The notes beneath the pieces were generated by a model that saw only the letters and a list, made by a program, of their open reading frames with translations, was not told the origin of the DNA and did not search any database. Below are positions 61,621 through 64,000 of a stretch of DNA of 64,000 nucleotides, piece after piece. The stretch spans positions 62,001 through 126,000 of the forward strand of contig MU271185.1 of NCBI GenBank assembly GCA_021432655.1, given 5' to 3'. The translations under genes were made by a program, and so were the position numbers. This DNA is from Atractiella rhizophila. Lineage: Eukaryota. Position 1 is the stretch's first letter. Each line of letters opens with the position of its first letter.

Positions 61621-62597
61621 ACGTCAGGGCGCCAACGTTGATCACCACCCAAAGGACGTGCAGCAAGGACAAGATGTTCATCCACGTAACTTCTCACGAC
61701 AGAGACAAATACTTATCCTATTGCATGCTGCTTGCTAAAATATGTAAAACATTCAAGAAACTCATCGGTGTAACCCACCTCTTGTTATGAAGTCGGTTCA
61801 AGCGAGCTTGTTACCTTAACATATGCATTCAGAGAGCTCACATTGACGCGAGGCGGGCTTCGTTGCCCAGGCGGCAGAGCACTTGTAAACAGTTACTAAT
61901 ATCACTACCCCAATCTACCCGCGGTTTCTTCCCCGTGCTGTTTTGAAATGGTAAGGCAGCTGCGTGATCGACGAGGAAACAGGACAACGTCGTGTCAGTT
62001 TATGCAAACGCCTAGGGAGGCAAATCTTTGGTCGATTGGAGGAGGAAGACGACTTGGTCCAAATCAGTTCTGATTTCATTGTCGAACAGTTTCGCTGATG
62101 TGGAATGACTTGCTCCGATCTGCTTCCTCCACATCTTTCAACTCCTTAACCACCTCACCCGTCGAAGTTGTTTCCTGTACTTACAAGCTCCACTATCGTC
62201 ATTCTCTTTCCCCTCGGGTCAACCAAGCAGTTGCAGTTCATGTGCCATGGCACAGACGTTGAGTTGGTGGCAAAGTCTGAAGCATCAGTGCTCCACTCCA
62301 CTCATTGTATGGACTTGCTTGACCGAGTGCCAGTCAATTGTCCAAGCCATTGCTCTCGGTTCGATCAAGAACCCCGCTCAGCTCTCCGACATTGCATTGA
62401 AGGGAGTGAGTTAGACGCAGCCTCGGAAGGGTAGATCTCGCGGGAAAGGAAAACAAACGAAAGCGAAGACACGATGCCCATTGGCAGCTTGGGTTTGATA
62501 GAACGAAGAAAAGATATAAAGCCCAACATCTCTCTCATTTCCCTCATCGTAAATTACTTGGATGTCCTCTCTCTCTTCCATAAGAGCACATAACAAA

Positions 62598-64000
62598 ATG
62601 TCCCCTCCAACAGTCAATCTCAGCTTTCACGGTGGCGCCGTCAAGTCTAGCACATTTTCAGGAGGTATGGTTCCTAACATTCGTGTAAGGTCTTGCCTCA
62701 TTTGCATATTACAGGACTTTTCATAAATAATGAATTTGTCTCATCCGAGAGTGGTAAAACGTTCCAAGTCGCCAACCCTTCCACAGGAAAGCCTATCGCT
62801 GAGGTATCTGAAGCATCTGGTAGGGCATTATAAGCTCTCAGTGAGCTTATCACACAATGCGGTACTAAAGCCACATTTCATGTAGCGAAAGATGTCGATA
62901 CTGCCGTCGACGCTGCTGAATATGCATTTAAGAATGTCTGGGGAGAAAAAGTACCGGGATATGAAAGAGGCAAGATGCTCTTTGCTCTCGCTGAGGCATT
63001 GGAAAAGAATGCGGACGAATTGGCAGCTATTGAGGTCAGTTGATTGTGAGAGCAAAAGAGCAAGAGTATCTGACGAACAAAACAGAGTCTTGACAATGGC
63101 AAAGCTATTGTATTCGCCAAATATGTCGATATTACAGAAGCTGCATCCGTATTTCGATATTACGGAGGATGGGCAGACAAGAATCATGGTCAAGTTATCG
63201 AGGTAAATGACCAGAAGCTGGCTTACACTCGACACGAGCCTATCGGAGTCTGCGGTCAGATTATTCCTTGGAACTTCCCTGTACGTTGTGCTCACAGGTC
63301 CATCTCCCTATCTGACGATACGATAGATTCTTATGTTTAGCTGGAAACTGGCTCCTGCTTTGGCTACTGGGAATACCGTGGTCCTCAAAACCGCAGGTAA
63401 TTGTCTTTCCTACAACTCCCTTTTAACAAGCAAAAGTTGACGCAAGAGCGTACCAGAGCAAACCCCTCTCTCGGCTCTCAAGATTTGTGAATACATTGCC
63501 CAAATCTTCCCTCCGGGAGTCGTCAACGTTCTCTCTGGATTTGGACCAGTGGCAGGAGCGGCAATTGCCTCGCACATGAAAATCGAGGTTTGTCTCTCGC
63601 TGCACCTTTCATTCAGCAGAAGAAAGTGACAATATATTCGATGGAACAGAAAGTCGCTTTCACTGGTTCGACTCTTACTGGACGGACAATCATGAAAGCT
63701 GCGGCAGCGTCAAATCTGAAGAAAGTAACACTTGAGCTGGGCGGAAAGTCTCCAAACATCATCTTTGACGATGCGGATCTCGACCAAGCTGTTAAATGGT
63801 CTTCCTTCGGGCTGTTCTTCAACGGAGGCCAATGTTGTCGTGCGTATTATATCTCGTCCTGAACGGATACAATGACTTATTGCGGGGCTGGCTGCAGATG
63901 CTGGTTCCAGAGTCTACGTCCAAGAGACGATTTATGACAAGTTCATGGAAAAGTTCGTAGCACATGTCAAGAGTCTGAAAGTCGGAGATCCATTCCAACA
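62598..64000 (+). CDS. NAD-dependent aldehyde dehydrogenase (runs off the window end)
   Basis: [85 protein letters not shown]. Confidence 0.95.

Overview
Intron-rich fungal genomic DNA, most likely a basidiomycete. The ~50-60 nt introns with GTCCGT/GTGCGT/GTTCGT-type donors suggest Pucciniomycotina (inference). Recognisable genes: an APH/Aim9-like phosphotransferase, a Far1/Ste5-type RING-PH-vWA scaffold, an F-box/LRR protein, phosducin-like Plp1/TXNDC9, two full-length and one truncated dipeptidyl peptidase III, a Diels-Alderase/AsqO-like beta-barrel protein, NPC1/Ncr1, a DUF676 esterase, an NmrA-like protein, a tiny secreted Cys-rich peptide and an aldehyde dehydrogenase. The most unusual part is ~11-33 kb, where an old, diverged cassette occurs three times: orphan A(-), orphan B(-), orphan C(+), PLP1(-). 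A and B look like one small unrecognised protein family, and C carries a strongly conserved ~60-aa C-terminal domain. A deleted Helitron (with a tandem mini-copy of its left end and a tRNA-like Pol III promoter) and a LINE relic lie between cassettes 2 and 3. There is also a young 2.4-kb tandem duplication and a deletion joining truncated lipoxygenase and carboxypeptidase genes. All assignments come from motif recognition by eye; no searches were run, and exon boundaries are approximate.
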